NCBI GenBank assembly: GCA_023819145.1
Contig: JAMWCW010000001.1
Coordinates: 154,474 to 218,473, forward strand
DNA from: Candidatus Omnitrophota bacterium
GTDB lineage: Bacteria; Omnitrophota; Gorgyraeia; DTHP01
Direction of reading: 5' to 3'
Length of the DNA: 64,000 nt
A program made the translations under genes and the position numbers. The notes under the pieces were generated by a model, which saw only the letters and a program-made list of their open reading frames with translations, did no database searches and had not been told where the DNA came from. Positions within the stretch are counted from its first letter, which is position 1. Each line of letters starts with the position of its first letter. Positions 9,320 through 19,804 of this stretch are shown in pieces.

Positions 9320-11434
9320 ATGGAGCCGATACGTTTAGAGACAAAGATTAATGGCAATCCGTTAATTATTGAAACCGGGAAACTTGCAAAACAAGCAGAT
9401 GGAGCAGTTACAGTGCAGTACGGCGAGACTGTAGTTTTGGTTACGGCAGTTATGTCGCGAGAGATTAAAGAGGGAGCAGATTTTCTTCCCCTTACCGTAG
9501 AGTATCAGGAAAAAACATACGCTGCGGGAAAAATTCCCGGAGGATTTTTTAAACGCGAAGGCAGACCGTCCGAGAAAGAAATCCTTACTTCCCGCCTTAT
9601 TGACCGTCCTATAAGACCTCTTTTTCCCGATGGCCTACGCAATGAAATACAAATTATGGCGATGGTTCTATCAAGCGACATTAGTAACGACCCGGATATT
9701 TTAGGCATTATTGGTGCCTCTTCTGCTTTACATATCTCTGATATCCCTTTCTTGGGGCCAGCGGGAGCAGTGCGTGTTGGGCGTTTAAATAACGAGTTTA
9801 TTATTAATCCCACGTATAGTGAGTTAGAAAATTCTGATTTAGACCTCGTGGTGGCAGGGACCAAAGAGGGAGTGGTGATGTTAGAAGGCACTGCGCGGGA
9901 ATTGCCAGAAGAATTAGTTCAAGAAGCAATCAATTTTGCTCTCCCAGAGATAATGAAAATAATTGACTTACAAGATAAACTGAGAGATTTATGCGGAAGA
10001 CAAAAGAGAACTTTGGAGCTGGATAAGATTGACTCTTCTTTGCTGGAAATGGTAAGAGAAAATAGTATTGAGAATTTACGCGAGATTAATATGCTTTCTG
10101 ACCGAGAAAAACGTATTGAAGCCATTGATTCGCTGGTTAAAGAGATAACTGTTACGCTTTCTAAAATAAACCCCGAATACGATGAAATAAAGGTTAGAAG
10201 CGCGTTGGATAAGATAGAAAAAGAAGAAGTTCGCAAAATTATTATTAAAACCAAAAAACGGATTGATGGGAGAGAGTTAACCGATATACGTCCTGTAAAA
10301 TGTGAAGTAGGGGTTCTTCCGCGTACCCATGGTTCCAGCCTTTTTACGCGTGGACAGACTCAAAGTTTAGCAGTTACTACTTTGGGTACAAGCACGGATG
10401 AACAGATGATTGATGCTTTAGAAGGAGAGACCTTTAAGAAATTTATGCTTCATTATAATTTCCCTCCTTTTAGTGTAGGAGAGGTAAGACCAGTAAGGGG
10501 CCCGGGAAGAAGAGAAATTGGACACGGTGCCTTGGCGGAGAGGGCGCTTCTTCCGGTTATGCCCAAAGAGGAGGAATTTCCTTATACTGTACGGGTGGTT
10601 TCGGATATTTTGGAGTCAAATGGTTCTTCAAGTATGGCTACTGTTTGTGGAGCAAGTCTTTCTCTAATGGATGCGGGTGTTCCCATAAAGAAAGCAGTAA
10701 GTGGAATTGCGATGGGTTTAGTAAAGGAAGCTACCGAGGAGATTGTGCTTACCGATATTGCGGGGCTTGAAGACCACTATGGGGATATGGATTTTAAAAT
10801 AGCAGGCACAGAAGACGGAATAACCGCCATTCAGATGGACTTAAAGATAAATGGTATTGGCGTGGGGTTGATTAGTAAGATATTGTTCCAGGCAAAGCCT
10901 GCCCGAATTTTTGTCTTGGGGAAGATGAAAGAGGTGATAGGTAAGCCACGGGAGAAGATATCCAGTTATGCTCCTAAGATTACTACTTTAAAGTTCCCTC
11001 CTGATAAAATTGCGCTTATCATTGGTCCGGGTGGAAGAAATATAAGAAAGATTATAGATGAAACAGGGGTGAGCATTGACATAGATGATTACGGCGTGGT
11101 TTCAGTTTCAAGTATTGACGAGAATAATCTTAACCGGGCAATTGAAATGATTAATTTTCTTACTCAGGAATTAAAGGTGGGAGAAATTTATAAAGGTAAG
11201 ATTACTCGTGTAACAAATTTTGGGGCTTTCTGCGAACTTGCTCCCGGTAAAGAAGGATTAATTCATATTTCAGAATTGTCCAATAAGTTTGTAAAAGATG
11301 TAACCGACATCGTAAAGGCAGGAGAAGATGTAAGAGTAAAGGTTATTGGGATAGACGAACAGGGCAGAATAAGTCTGAGTATTAAGCAGGCAAGTCCTTT
11401 GGATAAAAAAGAAAGCCCTAAAGAAAAAAGCTGA
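9320..11434 (+). CDS. pnp: Polynucleotide phosphorylase
   Basis: Two RNase PH domains, a KH domain and a C-terminal S1 domain. Classic rpsO-pnp synteny. Confidence 0.95.
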   Translation: MEPIRLETKINGNPLIIETGKLAKQADGAVTVQYGETVVLVTAVMSREIKEGADFLPLTVEYQEKTYAAGKIPGGFFKREGRPSEKEILTSRLIDRPIRPLFPDGLRNEIQIMAMVLSSDISNDPDILGIIGASSALHISDIPFLGPAGAVRVGRLNNEFIINPTYSELENSDLDLVVAGTKEGVVMLEGTARELPEELVQEAINFALPEIMKIIDLQDKLRDLCGRQKRTLELDKIDSSLLEMVRENSIENLREINMLSDREKRIEAIDSLVKEITVTLSKINPEYDEIKVRSALDKIEKEEVRKIIIKTKKRIDGRELTDIRPVKCEVGVLPRTHGSSLFTRGQTQSLAVTTLGTSTDEQMIDALEGETFKKFMLHYNFPPFSVGEVRPVRGPGRREIGHGALAERALLPVMPKEEEFPYTVRVVSDILESNGSSSMATVCGASLSLMDAGVPIKKAVSGIAMGLVKEATEEIVLTDIAGLEDHYGDMDFKIAGTEDGITAIQMDLKINGIGVGLISKILFQAKPARIFVLGKMKEVIGKPREKISSYAPKITTLKFPPDKIALIIGPGGRNIRKIIDETGVSIDIDDYGVVSVSSIDENNLNRAIEMINFLTQELKVGEIYKGKITRVTNFGAFCELAPGKEGLIHISELSNKFVKDVTDIVKAGEDVRVKVIGIDEQGRISLSIKQASPLDKKESPKEKS

Positions 11435-11436
11435 TT

Positions 11437-13704
11437 ATGCAGAGAGAGAAATGGGAAGAGATTTTAGGAGTTATATTTCTGGCTATCGGTATTATCATTC
11501 TTTTTAGTTTCATTTCTTACACTACTGATGATTTATCTTTTTACACCTCCTCACCCAATATACCCCCGCGTAATTTTATACGTATTTTTGGTGCGATTTT
11601 TTCAGGAATAGTTTTCTTTCTCTTCGGTTATGCAGGATATTTTATTCCGCTTTTCTTTATCGCTTGGGCGGTAAAAAAGTTCTTGCATCTTTCTCCCGAA
11701 AGAATAAAATTAAAAATTTTTAGTTTAATTATTTCAGGACTGGTTTTGTCAGGAATTTTTTCAATGATGGGGCTGGAGAAAACAGCCAAATTCAAAATGG
11801 GGGGATTTATTGGACACCATATCTCTCTTTTTCTCTTAAATTATTTTGGTAGATTAGGGGCATGGATAATTTTAATGACTTTGGGACTACTCTCTATCAT
11901 ATTGGTTACGGACATTCTCCTCACCCCCTACATTGCCGGTTTTAGAGAGTGGTTTGTGGAGAGTATAGGTTTTTTTAAAAAATCAAGTTTTAAAATACTG
12001 CGTAGAGAGAAGAAAATAGATAAAGGAATAAAGGGATATGGAAGAGAAAAAGAAGAATCAATTTCTCTTGTAAATGAGAAAAAATGGGCAGAGACCTTGG
12101 ATAAGCCTCCGGAGATTAATATTACCCCCTCGGTGACGCGCCCAAGAGAGGAACCTAAGGAAGTAAAAAATATTTCTCATCAAGAAAAGTATTTAAAAGA
12201 AGAGAGAAGTTCCCAGTTTGTTCTTCCTTCCTTTGACCTTCTGGAATCTCCTCCTCCCATTGAAGAGCGGGAGATCAAAGAAGACCTTGAAGAAAATTCA
12301 CGTATCTTAGAGGAAACTTTACGTGATTTTAGTATTGAGGCAAAAGTCGTAAGAGTAGAACGTGGTCCGGTGGTTACTCTTTATGAACTTCAACCTGCTC
12401 CCGGAGTAAAGATTAATAAGATTGTTTCTCTAAGTGACGATATCGCTTTGGTGATGAAGGCTTCCAGTGTAAGGGTGGTAGCACCGCTTCCCGGAAGAGG
12501 GACAGTAGGAGTAGAAGTTCCTAATTCTCTTACTACTCTTGTATATCTAAGGGATATTCTTGAGGTTAAAGAGTTTAGGAACGCTAATTCCAAATTAGCT
12601 ATTGCTTTAGGAAAAGATATATCGGGAAATCCTTTAATAAGCAATCTCCAGGACATGCCTCATCTCCTTATTGCTGGGGCAACCGGCTCAGGAAAGACAG
12701 TTTGTGTCAATACCATTATTATGAGTATACTTTTTAGAGCCACTCCTTACGATGTCCGTTTTATTCTTATTGACCCAAAGATGGTAGAGTTGGCGATGTT
12801 TAATGGGCTACCCCACCTCCTTTCTCCCGTGGTAACCGATGCTAAAAAGACCGCCTTGGTTCTTTCCTGGTTAGTAGAAGAGATGGAGTGGAGATATCGT
12901 ATATTTGCCAGATTAGGAGTACGTAATATTGAAGGGTATAATGAAAAAATTGACCAAGGAGTAAAACTTTCTGCAGAAGATTTTGATGAAGAATTGGCTA
13001 ATGATTTTCATACGATAGATTTTGACAAACATATGCCTTATATCGTTACAGTGATTGATGAATTGGCTGACCTTATGGTCGTAGCTTCTCGGGAGATAGA
13101 AGAAGCGATTACACGCCTTGCCCATCTTTCGCGTGCTGTAGGGATACATCTTATCTTAGCCACACAGAGACCTTCGGTAGATGTAGTTACGGGAGTAATC
13201 AAGGCAAATTTTCCTGCGCGTATCTCTTTCCGCGTTGCCTCCAAAGTAGATTCGCGCACTGTTCTTGATATGAATGGTGCAGATAAACTTTTGGGTAAAG
13301 GGGATATGCTTTTTCTGAGACCGGGGACTTCTAAGCCCATCCGTGCTCAGGGGAGTTTAGTTTCCGATAGGGAAATAGAGAGGGTTGTGGAGTTTTTGAA
13401 AAAACAAGCTCCTCCTGCCTATAATGAATTTTTATTGAAGGATGCAGAAAAAAGAACATTTGGGTTAGGGAAGGACAAAGATGAGTTATATGATGAGGCG
13501 GTTAAAGTGGTATTAGAAACAGGGCAGGCTTCTGCTTCTATTCTTCAGCGCAGATTACGTCTTGGTTTTACACGTGCAGCTAGACTTATCGATATGATGG
13601 AAGAAGAAGGTATTGTCGGACCTTATAGAGGGGCAAAACCGAGGGAAATACTGGTTAATAAAGAGGAATTAACGAGAGACCCCAATATTAAAGAACAAAC
13701 ATAA
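11437..13704 (+). CDS. ftsK: DNA translocase FtsK/SpoIIIE
   Basis: N-terminal TM segments, a Walker A (GATGSGKT), the motor domain and the C-terminal gamma wHTH domain (ILQRRLRLGFTRAARLIDMME). Confidence 0.9.
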   Translation: MQREKWEEILGVIFLAIGIIILFSFISYTTDDLSFYTSSPNIPPRNFIRIFGAIFSGIVFFLFGYAGYFIPLFFIAWAVKKFLHLSPERIKLKIFSLIISGLVLSGIFSMMGLEKTAKFKMGGFIGHHISLFLLNYFGRLGAWIILMTLGLLSIILVTDILLTPYIAGFREWFVESIGFFKKSSFKILRREKKIDKGIKGYGREKEESISLVNEKKWAETLDKPPEINITPSVTRPREEPKEVKNISHQEKYLKEERSSQFVLPSFDLLESPPPIEEREIKEDLEENSRILEETLRDFSIEAKVVRVERGPVVTLYELQPAPGVKINKIVSLSDDIALVMKASSVRVVAPLPGRGTVGVEVPNSLTTLVYLRDILEVKEFRNANSKLAIALGKDISGNPLISNLQDMPHLLIAGATGSGKTVCVNTIIMSILFRATPYDVRFILIDPKMVELAMFNGLPHLLSPVVTDAKKTALVLSWLVEEMEWRYRIFARLGVRNIEGYNEKIDQGVKLSAEDFDEELANDFHTIDFDKHMPYIVTVIDELADLMVVASREIEEAITRLAHLSRAVGIHLILATQRPSVDVVTGVIKANFPARISFRVASKVDSRTVLDMNGADKLLGKGDMLFLRPGTSKPIRAQGSLVSDREIERVVEFLKKQAPPAYNEFLLKDAEKRTFGLGKDKDELYDEAVKVVLETGQASASILQRRLRLGFTRAARLIDMMEEEGIVGPYRGAKPREILVNKEELTRDPNIKEQT

Positions 13705-13729
13705 TGGTAGTAAGTTTTAGATTAGAGCG

Positions 13730-14440
13730 ATGATAAACATTGGTGAAACATTAAGAAAGAAACGTGAAAGCAAGAAATTAACCTTGGAATCTGTCTATCA
13801 GGCTACGCGTATTCCTCCCCATATTCTTTCTCATTTAGAAAAAGAAGAGTTTGATAAATTAGCAGGTGTTTTGTATGTAAAAGGTTTTTTAAAAAAATAT
13901 GCCGAATTTTTAGGTCTGAATAGTAGCGAAATAGTTAATACCTATCTTTCTTCTCTTTCTCAAACCGAACCTCCTTCTGTTACCCCCGTTGCTTCTTCTA
14001 AAGAGGTGTTTTCCATATTCAAGAATAAGGGAATTATCAGAAAAATAATTGTAGGCCTCGTTCTAGTTATTGCAGTGTTTCTTCTTTTTAAAACTATCAG
14101 TTTTTCTAAGAAAATATCGGCGATGAGAAAAGAAAAAAAGATTTCTCTGAAGGAGAAACCCGCTGAGAGTCTTTTTATCCCCAAGAAGGAGGCGTTAATC
14201 TTAAAGATTAAAGCCAAGAAGGATACATGGATACAGCTCAAGGCAGATGGGAAGATTGTTTTTCAGCACATCTTGAAAACAGGTACTGAAGACTCCTGGA
14301 ATGCGAAAGAAAATTTTGAACTCTGGGTAGGTGAAGCGAAAAATCTTACTCTTTTCCTTAATGAGAAGCCTTTGGAGATTAAAGGTGAAGGGGTGCAAAA
14401 GGGCATTCTCATTGACCATGCAGGGCTACATAGAGAATAG
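13730..14440 (+). CDS. RodZ-like cytoskeleton protein (HTH-XRE + TM + DUF4115-like C-terminus)
   Basis: N-terminal HTH (IGETLRKKRESKKLTLESVYQATRIP), one TM segment, and a C-terminal beta-rich domain. Confidence 0.55.
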   Translation: MINIGETLRKKRESKKLTLESVYQATRIPPHILSHLEKEEFDKLAGVLYVKGFLKKYAEFLGLNSSEIVNTYLSSLSQTEPPSVTPVASSKEVFSIFKNKGIIRKIIVGLVLVIAVFLLFKTISFSKKISAMRKEKKISLKEKPAESLFIPKKEALILKIKAKKDTWIQLKADGKIVFQHILKTGTEDSWNAKENFELWVGEAKNLTLFLNEKPLEIKGEGVQKGILIDHAGLHRE

Positions 14441-14458
14441 TTTCCCTCCTTTGTTAAC

Positions 14459-15805
14459 ATGAAAAAACTCAAAGTATATCTTTTAAGTTTAGGTTGCGCT
14501 AGAAATCTTATCGACTCAGAAATTATCTTGGGTATTTTAAACGATAAAGGTTTTAGAATAGTTAACCAGCCTAAAGACGTAGATTTAGCAATTGTCAATT
14601 CCTGTGCTTTTATAAAAGAGGCTAAGGAAGAGTCGATTGAAACAATTCTGGAATTTATTGAACTTAAGAAGGAAGGAGTTATCCAAAGATTATGGGTTAT
14701 TGGTTGTCTTTACCAGCGCTATGATGAGGAGTTAAAGAAAGAGTTACCTGAAGTGGACGGTTTTTTAGGAGTAGAAGCGTGGAAACATAACTTAGAGGAG
14801 ATGATAGAAAATTTAGTAAACCCCAGTTCACAAAGAGTTAAGTTTAAGATTCCTCGAATGAAGAGTAAACGAGGATTTAGGTCTTTGAGGTTTAGGCTTA
14901 CCCCTTCCCACTATGCTTACATAAAATTAAGCGAAGGTTGTGATAACTTTTGTAGTTATTGTATCATTCCTAAAATCAGAGGCTCCTTGCGTTCCCGTCC
15001 GCTGGAGGAGATTATTAAAGAAGTAAAGAGTTTGGCGAGAGGGCATTTATTGAAGGAAATAAATCTGGTGGCTCAAGATACCACTCTTTACGGTAAGGAC
15101 CTTTATGGAACGCCTACACTTCTTGCCTTGCTAAAGGAACTGGTAAAGATAAAATCTATCTCTTGGATAAGGATACTCTATATGCATCCTGCCCACATAA
15201 CTGATGAATTGATTGAGTTTATTGCAGAGAATGAAAAAATATGTCGCTATATAGATATGCCTATTCAACACATCTCTAATAGAATATTGGCAAGGATGGG
15301 AAGAAAGATTTCAAAAGCGCAAATTTATCAACTTATAGATCGTCTGAGAAGAAAGATTAAGAATGTTGCTTTGAGGACTTCCATTATAGTTGGATTCCCT
15401 GGAGAAAAAGAAGCAGATTTTCAGGAATTAGTTAAATTTGTTCAAGAGGTTAAATTTGAACATTTGGGTGTTTTTGTTTATTCCAAAGAAGAAGACACTC
15501 ACGCCTATAATTTTCCAGAGCAGGTTCATGAGAAAATAAAAAGGGAGCGTTATAACTATCTTTTAGAAATACAGAAAGAAATTTCTTTAGAGATTCTCAA
15601 GGGTTATATAGGGAAAAGCATAAAGGTGCTTATCGATGAGAAGCTTCCCGAGGATAGTTTTACCTTCTTAGGAAGGACTGAATATGATGCTCCCGAAGTA
15701 GATGGGGGTGTAATTATTAGGGATAAGAGTTTGAAGCCGGGAGAATTTATAAAAGCAAAGGTCATTGATACCTGGGAATATGATTTACTGGCACAGAAAA
15801 TATAG
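14459..15805 (+). CDS. rimO: Ribosomal protein S12 methylthiotransferase
   Basis: MTTase N-domain (LSLGCARNLIDSE), radical SAM CxxxCxxC (CDNFCSYC) and a C-terminal TRAM domain (GRTEYDAPEVDGGVII...EYDLLAQ). Confidence 0.8.
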   Translation: MKKLKVYLLSLGCARNLIDSEIILGILNDKGFRIVNQPKDVDLAIVNSCAFIKEAKEESIETILEFIELKKEGVIQRLWVIGCLYQRYDEELKKELPEVDGFLGVEAWKHNLEEMIENLVNPSSQRVKFKIPRMKSKRGFRSLRFRLTPSHYAYIKLSEGCDNFCSYCIIPKIRGSLRSRPLEEIIKEVKSLARGHLLKEINLVAQDTTLYGKDLYGTPTLLALLKELVKIKSISWIRILYMHPAHITDELIEFIAENEKICRYIDMPIQHISNRILARMGRKISKAQIYQLIDRLRRKIKNVALRTSIIVGFPGEKEADFQELVKFVQEVKFEHLGVFVYSKEEDTHAYNFPEQVHEKIKRERYNYLLEIQKEISLEILKGYIGKSIKVLIDEKLPEDSFTFLGRTEYDAPEVDGGVIIRDKSLKPGEFIKAKVIDTWEYDLLAQKI

Positions 15806-15856
15806 ATTTCTGTTTGTGAAAATCGTTTATACATAAAGGAATTTTTTGTTTTCAAG

Positions 15857-16447
15857 ATGAATCTACCCAATATTCTTACCATTCTGCGGGTTTTACTTAC
15901 TTTCATTTTTATGTATTTTCTTTTCTTGCCGGGAATCTTTGCCAAATTGATGGCGATCTTTATCTTTTTTCTAGCAAGTCTTACAGATTATTGGGATGGG
16001 TATTTAGCGCGGAAGAATAATTTAGTTACAAACTTTGGTAAACTTATGGACCCCGTAGCAGATAAAATTCTTGTTTTGGCGGCATTTATTGCTTTTGTAG
16101 AGATGGGGTTAATGTTCTCCTGGATGGCAATGATTATTGTGGGAAGGGAATTATTGGTTACAGGAATCAGAATCTTGGTGATGATGAATGGGACAGTAAT
16201 TCCTGCAATGCGCGCCGGTAAGCATAAGGCGGTATCTCAGTTCTTTACAATCATTACCGTCCTCTTATTTCTCTTTGTTCGTGAATTGTTGATAGGCAAG
16301 AACTTATGGAACAGTTTCTGGGAGGGTGCTTTTAACCATACGGTTTTTTGGTTATTTTTCTTTGTTACCTTTGTGACTTTGCTTTCCGGGATAAGCTTTC
16401 TTTATCATCACCGTTTTTATCTATCCCGGATAATTAATAAAGAATAA
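15857..16447 (+). CDS. pgsA: CDP-diacylglycerol--glycerol-3-phosphate 3-phosphatidyltransferase
   Basis: NILTILR and DYWDGYLARK...GKLMDPVADK, the CDP-alcohol phosphatidyltransferase motif. Confidence 0.85.
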   Translation: MNLPNILTILRVLLTFIFMYFLFLPGIFAKLMAIFIFFLASLTDYWDGYLARKNNLVTNFGKLMDPVADKILVLAAFIAFVEMGLMFSWMAMIIVGRELLVTGIRILVMMNGTVIPAMRAGKHKAVSQFFTIITVLLFLFVRELLIGKNLWNSFWEGAFNHTVFWLFFFVTFVTLLSGISFLYHHRFYLSRIINKE

Positions 16448-16495
16448 TGTTCAGAAAATAGATTAAATTTACAATTTTTTCATACTTTTTAAAAC

Positions 16496-16524
16496 TTGAC
16501 GATTTGGTGGTGTTGTGTTATATA
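16496..16524 (+). promoter_or_regulatory. sigma70-like promoter (TTGACG-17-TATATA) upstream of the CHASE2-PP2C gene
   Basis: Motif spacing read directly from the sequence. Confidence 0.45.
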
Positions 16525-16554
16525 TTTAATAAGTAAAAGAGAGGAGTTCTGGTG

Positions 16555-18390
16555 ATGGCCAAAGTTATGAGAAAATCACAGAAAATTTGCATAAGAATTT
16601 TAAGCTTGGGATTCTTTATTTTAATATTTTCTTCTTTATTAGGTTGGCATGACTCAATAGAGTTAAAAATCTATGATTTCTTTCTAAAGTTTAGGCCTAA
16701 AGGAAATTCTTCTAATTCCCTCATTATTTTAGAGGTAGAGGAAGAGGTAAGAGAAGATGGACTCTGGCCATGGAAAAAGGAGTGGCTACCTTATTTGGTA
16801 AATTACTTGAGCGGTTTGGGAGTAAAAGCAATACTTGTGGATTCATCATTGAAGAAATATATAGATTTTGAGCATCCTTTTTTGAAATCTCCCCCCACCA
16901 AAACTCAAATATTTTATCCGCAAGAAAATTCTTTGGATTTTGAAGACAGAGATTTAATTCTTGACCAGGATGGAAAAATACGTAGATATCGATTGTTTTT
17001 AGAAGGGAAAAAATCTTTAGTCCTTCAAACTTACCTATCCTATATGGAAGAGGACTTAAGCTTTCCTTTCCATAAAGAGTTTTTGATAAACTACGATAAA
17101 AATAAATATTCAGGGGTTGAGAGGTATACATATTTTAATTTAGTAATCTCTATTTTCTTATCTTCCCGACAAGAATCTCCTAAAATAGATTTCTCTCGTT
17201 TTAAGGACAAAATTTGTATAATTGGTATGGCTCCGGTGGTAGTAAACAAATCTTATCCTACACCTTTTAATTTAACTTCTCCCTTAGAGATTCGTCTGCA
17301 GGTTCTTGATAGTCTTCTAAGAAGCAAATTCTTACACCGGGCTAATAGATGGGGAAATACCGGAATTCTTTTGCTTTTATCTTTATTAAGTACTGTGGTG
17401 TTTCTAAAAGTAAGGCGTTCCCGAAGATTTCTTTTTGTCTTTCTTTTTATTCTTTCTTATTTAGCGATTTCTTTTATAGTATTTTATCTTTTGGGATTTT
17501 GGATGGATAATTTTCTTCCCGCTTTTTCTTCTTTTTATATTTTCCTGGCTATCACTATTTATCGCTATAGTGCCGAAATAATGCTTAAAAAAGAGGAAAA
17601 GAAAAAAGAACTGGCTTGGAAATTGAAGCAAGAAACATTTATTAACAACAATTTAGTAACCAAGGACGTAGAAATAGTTATTAAGACATCCTTTAGTCAT
17701 GAGGCAGAAGGAGATTTTTTTGATATTATTAAACTTGAGGATAATCAGATTGGGGTTTTGTTAGGCAGGGCATCGGGTAAAGGATTGGAGACAGTTAACT
17801 ACATTACGAAATTAGTAAATGAGTTTCGTCTCCAGGCTCCTTTATGTAAAAGGCCACGCATATTATTCAATGCGGTAAATAATATTCTTTTTGCGGAAGG
17901 AACAAAAGGAATGTATGCTACTTGTTTATATCTTTTAGTTGATATGGAAAAAAGGATTTTAAGTTTTGCTAATGCAGGACATGAACCTTTAATTATGGCT
18001 TCCGAAGGCAAACAGGAGATAAATCTATATGAAGCTTTAGATTCTACTCCTTTAGGTATTGCTAAGAATGTAGGATTTTTTGACCAGGAAGTGGGATTGA
18101 ATAAAGGTGATTTAGTTGTTGGTTTTACCGCGGGCGTTGTAGAGATAAGAAACAGAGAGGGTAAAGAGTTTGGTATAAACAATTTGAAGGATATCATTAA
18201 CCAGTATCGGACTTGGAATGTGGCAAAGTTGGGAAATAAAGTTTTTGAGAAGATTCATCGTTTCAGTCAAAGCCAAGGTGCTCATAGTGAATTTAGTCTT
18301 TTGCTCCTAAAGGTTAAGGAAGAAGTAGTTAAAGAAAAGGAAACGGTCCATGAAAGAAGAAAAACGCTTGTTCAACAGATGGTTAAATAA
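16555..18390 (+). CDS. CHASE2 sensor-domain / PP2C-family (SpoIIE-like) serine phosphatase
   Basis: N-terminal TM plus a CHASE2-like periplasmic region, 3-4 TM segments, then a PP2C domain (GDFFDII...GVLLGRASGKG...GHEP...GDLVVGFTAG). Confidence 0.65.
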   Translation: MAKVMRKSQKICIRILSLGFFILIFSSLLGWHDSIELKIYDFFLKFRPKGNSSNSLIILEVEEEVREDGLWPWKKEWLPYLVNYLSGLGVKAILVDSSLKKYIDFEHPFLKSPPTKTQIFYPQENSLDFEDRDLILDQDGKIRRYRLFLEGKKSLVLQTYLSYMEEDLSFPFHKEFLINYDKNKYSGVERYTYFNLVISIFLSSRQESPKIDFSRFKDKICIIGMAPVVVNKSYPTPFNLTSPLEIRLQVLDSLLRSKFLHRANRWGNTGILLLLSLLSTVVFLKVRRSRRFLFVFLFILSYLAISFIVFYLLGFWMDNFLPAFSSFYIFLAITIYRYSAEIMLKKEEKKKELAWKLKQETFINNNLVTKDVEIVIKTSFSHEAEGDFFDIIKLEDNQIGVLLGRASGKGLETVNYITKLVNEFRLQAPLCKRPRILFNAVNNILFAEGTKGMYATCLYLLVDMEKRILSFANAGHEPLIMASEGKQEINLYEALDSTPLGIAKNVGFFDQEVGLNKGDLVVGFTAGVVEIRNREGKEFGINNLKDIINQYRTWNVAKLGNKVFEKIHRFSQSQGAHSEFSLLLLKVKEEVVKEKETVHERRKTLVQQMVK

Positions 18391-19159
18391 TAAAAATGGC
18401 TTTCGTATTGACAGTGGTAATAAAGAAAGAATTAGCCAACTGTTGATAGAAGGCATTGCTAATCTGGAGAGGGGATTGCGCGTTTTAGACCGTAATCTCA
18501 TCCTTACCAAGAGACCTTTAGATATTCTTGCGGTAGACCTCTTAGGAGAATTGGTGATAATAGAATTGGAAGTAGGGGATGATGAAACGGTAATTCTTCG
18601 TGCCCTAGAACACTTTGACTGGATTCTTAATAATATAAATTCTATAGTCCAGAAATACAATAAAGATAAAATTGATATAACTCTTGCACCCAGAATAATA
18701 ATTGTAGGAGGTAATTTTGGCGAGGATTTTATCCGGAAACTCAGCTATGTCAACACTACAAAGATTGAACTCTATGAGTATGAACTTAAGAATGAAGATG
18801 GTATTTCCCACCTTATTCTAAGACCATATGCTTTGTCTGTTTCCGTACAGAAGAATATCGAAATAAGTAAACCACGGTTTGAAGATTTAATTAATTCCAT
18901 TAAAATTTTATCCTTAAGGCAATTGTGCCATAGAATTATTAGGGAATTGCGAAACATAAATATAGATGCTACTGTAGATACATCACGGGGATTTATAGAA
19001 ATGCAAGAAAAAGGAAAGATTTTGCTCCGTGTCTATCCTCAGACCGATTTCTTCTGGGTAAGTTTTTCTTCCCATGGTAGATGGCAAGGGATTAAAGTTG
19101 ATGAGGTCAAGAAAGGTGAAGAGATTATTCGGAGATTAAGAGAAGGGGAATTCAACTAA
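18350..19159 (+). CDS. Hypothetical protein with a PD-(D/E)xK-like motif (DILAVDLLGELVIIELE)
   Basis: Overlaps the upstream phosphatase gene by 41 nt and the convergent thpR by 24 nt. The motif resemblance is weak. Confidence 0.4.
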   Translation: MKEEKRLFNRWLNNKNGFRIDSGNKERISQLLIEGIANLERGLRVLDRNLILTKRPLDILAVDLLGELVIIELEVGDDETVILRALEHFDWILNNINSIVQKYNKDKIDITLAPRIIIVGGNFGEDFIRKLSYVNTTKIELYEYELKNEDGISHLILRPYALSVSVQKNIEISKPRFEDLINSIKILSLRQLCHRIIRELRNINIDATVDTSRGFIEMQEKGKILLRVYPQTDFFWVSFSSHGRWQGIKVDEVKKGEEIIRRLREGEFN

Positions 19160-19702
19160 TTTGGTATAGATAGGGCCCAAAGAGGTAAGCTCACTTTTAA
19201 AAAGAAATATTTTATCGACAATAAGGTTATTTTCTGTCCGAAAATTAATTCTCTCCTCAAAAATCTTTTTTAATTTATCTTTATTTTTAAAAGACCTTAA
19301 TCTCCCTAAGGTAAGATGGCAGGAATATGGTTTTTTTTCTTTCGGAAAACCTCTTTGTACTAAACATTTTTCTATCTTTTCAGCCAAGAGAGTTAAGTTT
19401 TCCTTGCCCTTTTCTATCCCTACCCAGATAACACGGGGAAAGTCCAATTTTGGAAAAGCGCCGAGTCTAAAAAAATTTATTTCAAAAGGATTTGTGTCCT
19501 GGATGTTTTTCTCGAGAACCTCTTTTATCTCTCTAAGCTCCTTTTCTTCGGTGTTTCCTAAAAATTTTAGCGTAAGATGCATGTTCTTGGGGTCAACCCA
19601 CTTTACATCTGCGTCAGATTTTTTCAACTCATTTTGCAATTGAGAAAATTCTTTGCGTAAAGGTTCAGGGATTTCTATGGCGATAAAGGTTCGTATACCC
19701 AT
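19136..19702 (-). CDS. thpR: RNA 2',3'-cyclic phosphodiesterase (2H family, LigT/ThpR)
   Basis: Two H-x-T-x motifs (HLTLKFLG and HLTLGRL). Confidence 0.8.
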   Translation of the reverse strand: MGIRTFIAIEIPEPLRKEFSQLQNELKKSDADVKWVDPKNMHLTLKFLGNTEEKELREIKEVLEKNIQDTNPFEINFFRLGAFPKLDFPRVIWVGIEKGKENLTLLAEKIEKCLVQRGFPKEKKPYSCHLTLGRLRSFKNKDKLKKIFEERINFRTENNLIVDKIFLFKSELTSLGPIYTKLVEFPFS

Positions 19703-19804
19703 TTTTAAAAATAGTAAATGTCAAATATTCATGATAAAAAACTTGGGGGTTAGGTAGATATTTTCATTGTTAACGGTTACCATAAGATTAATCAATGAGC
19801 AATA

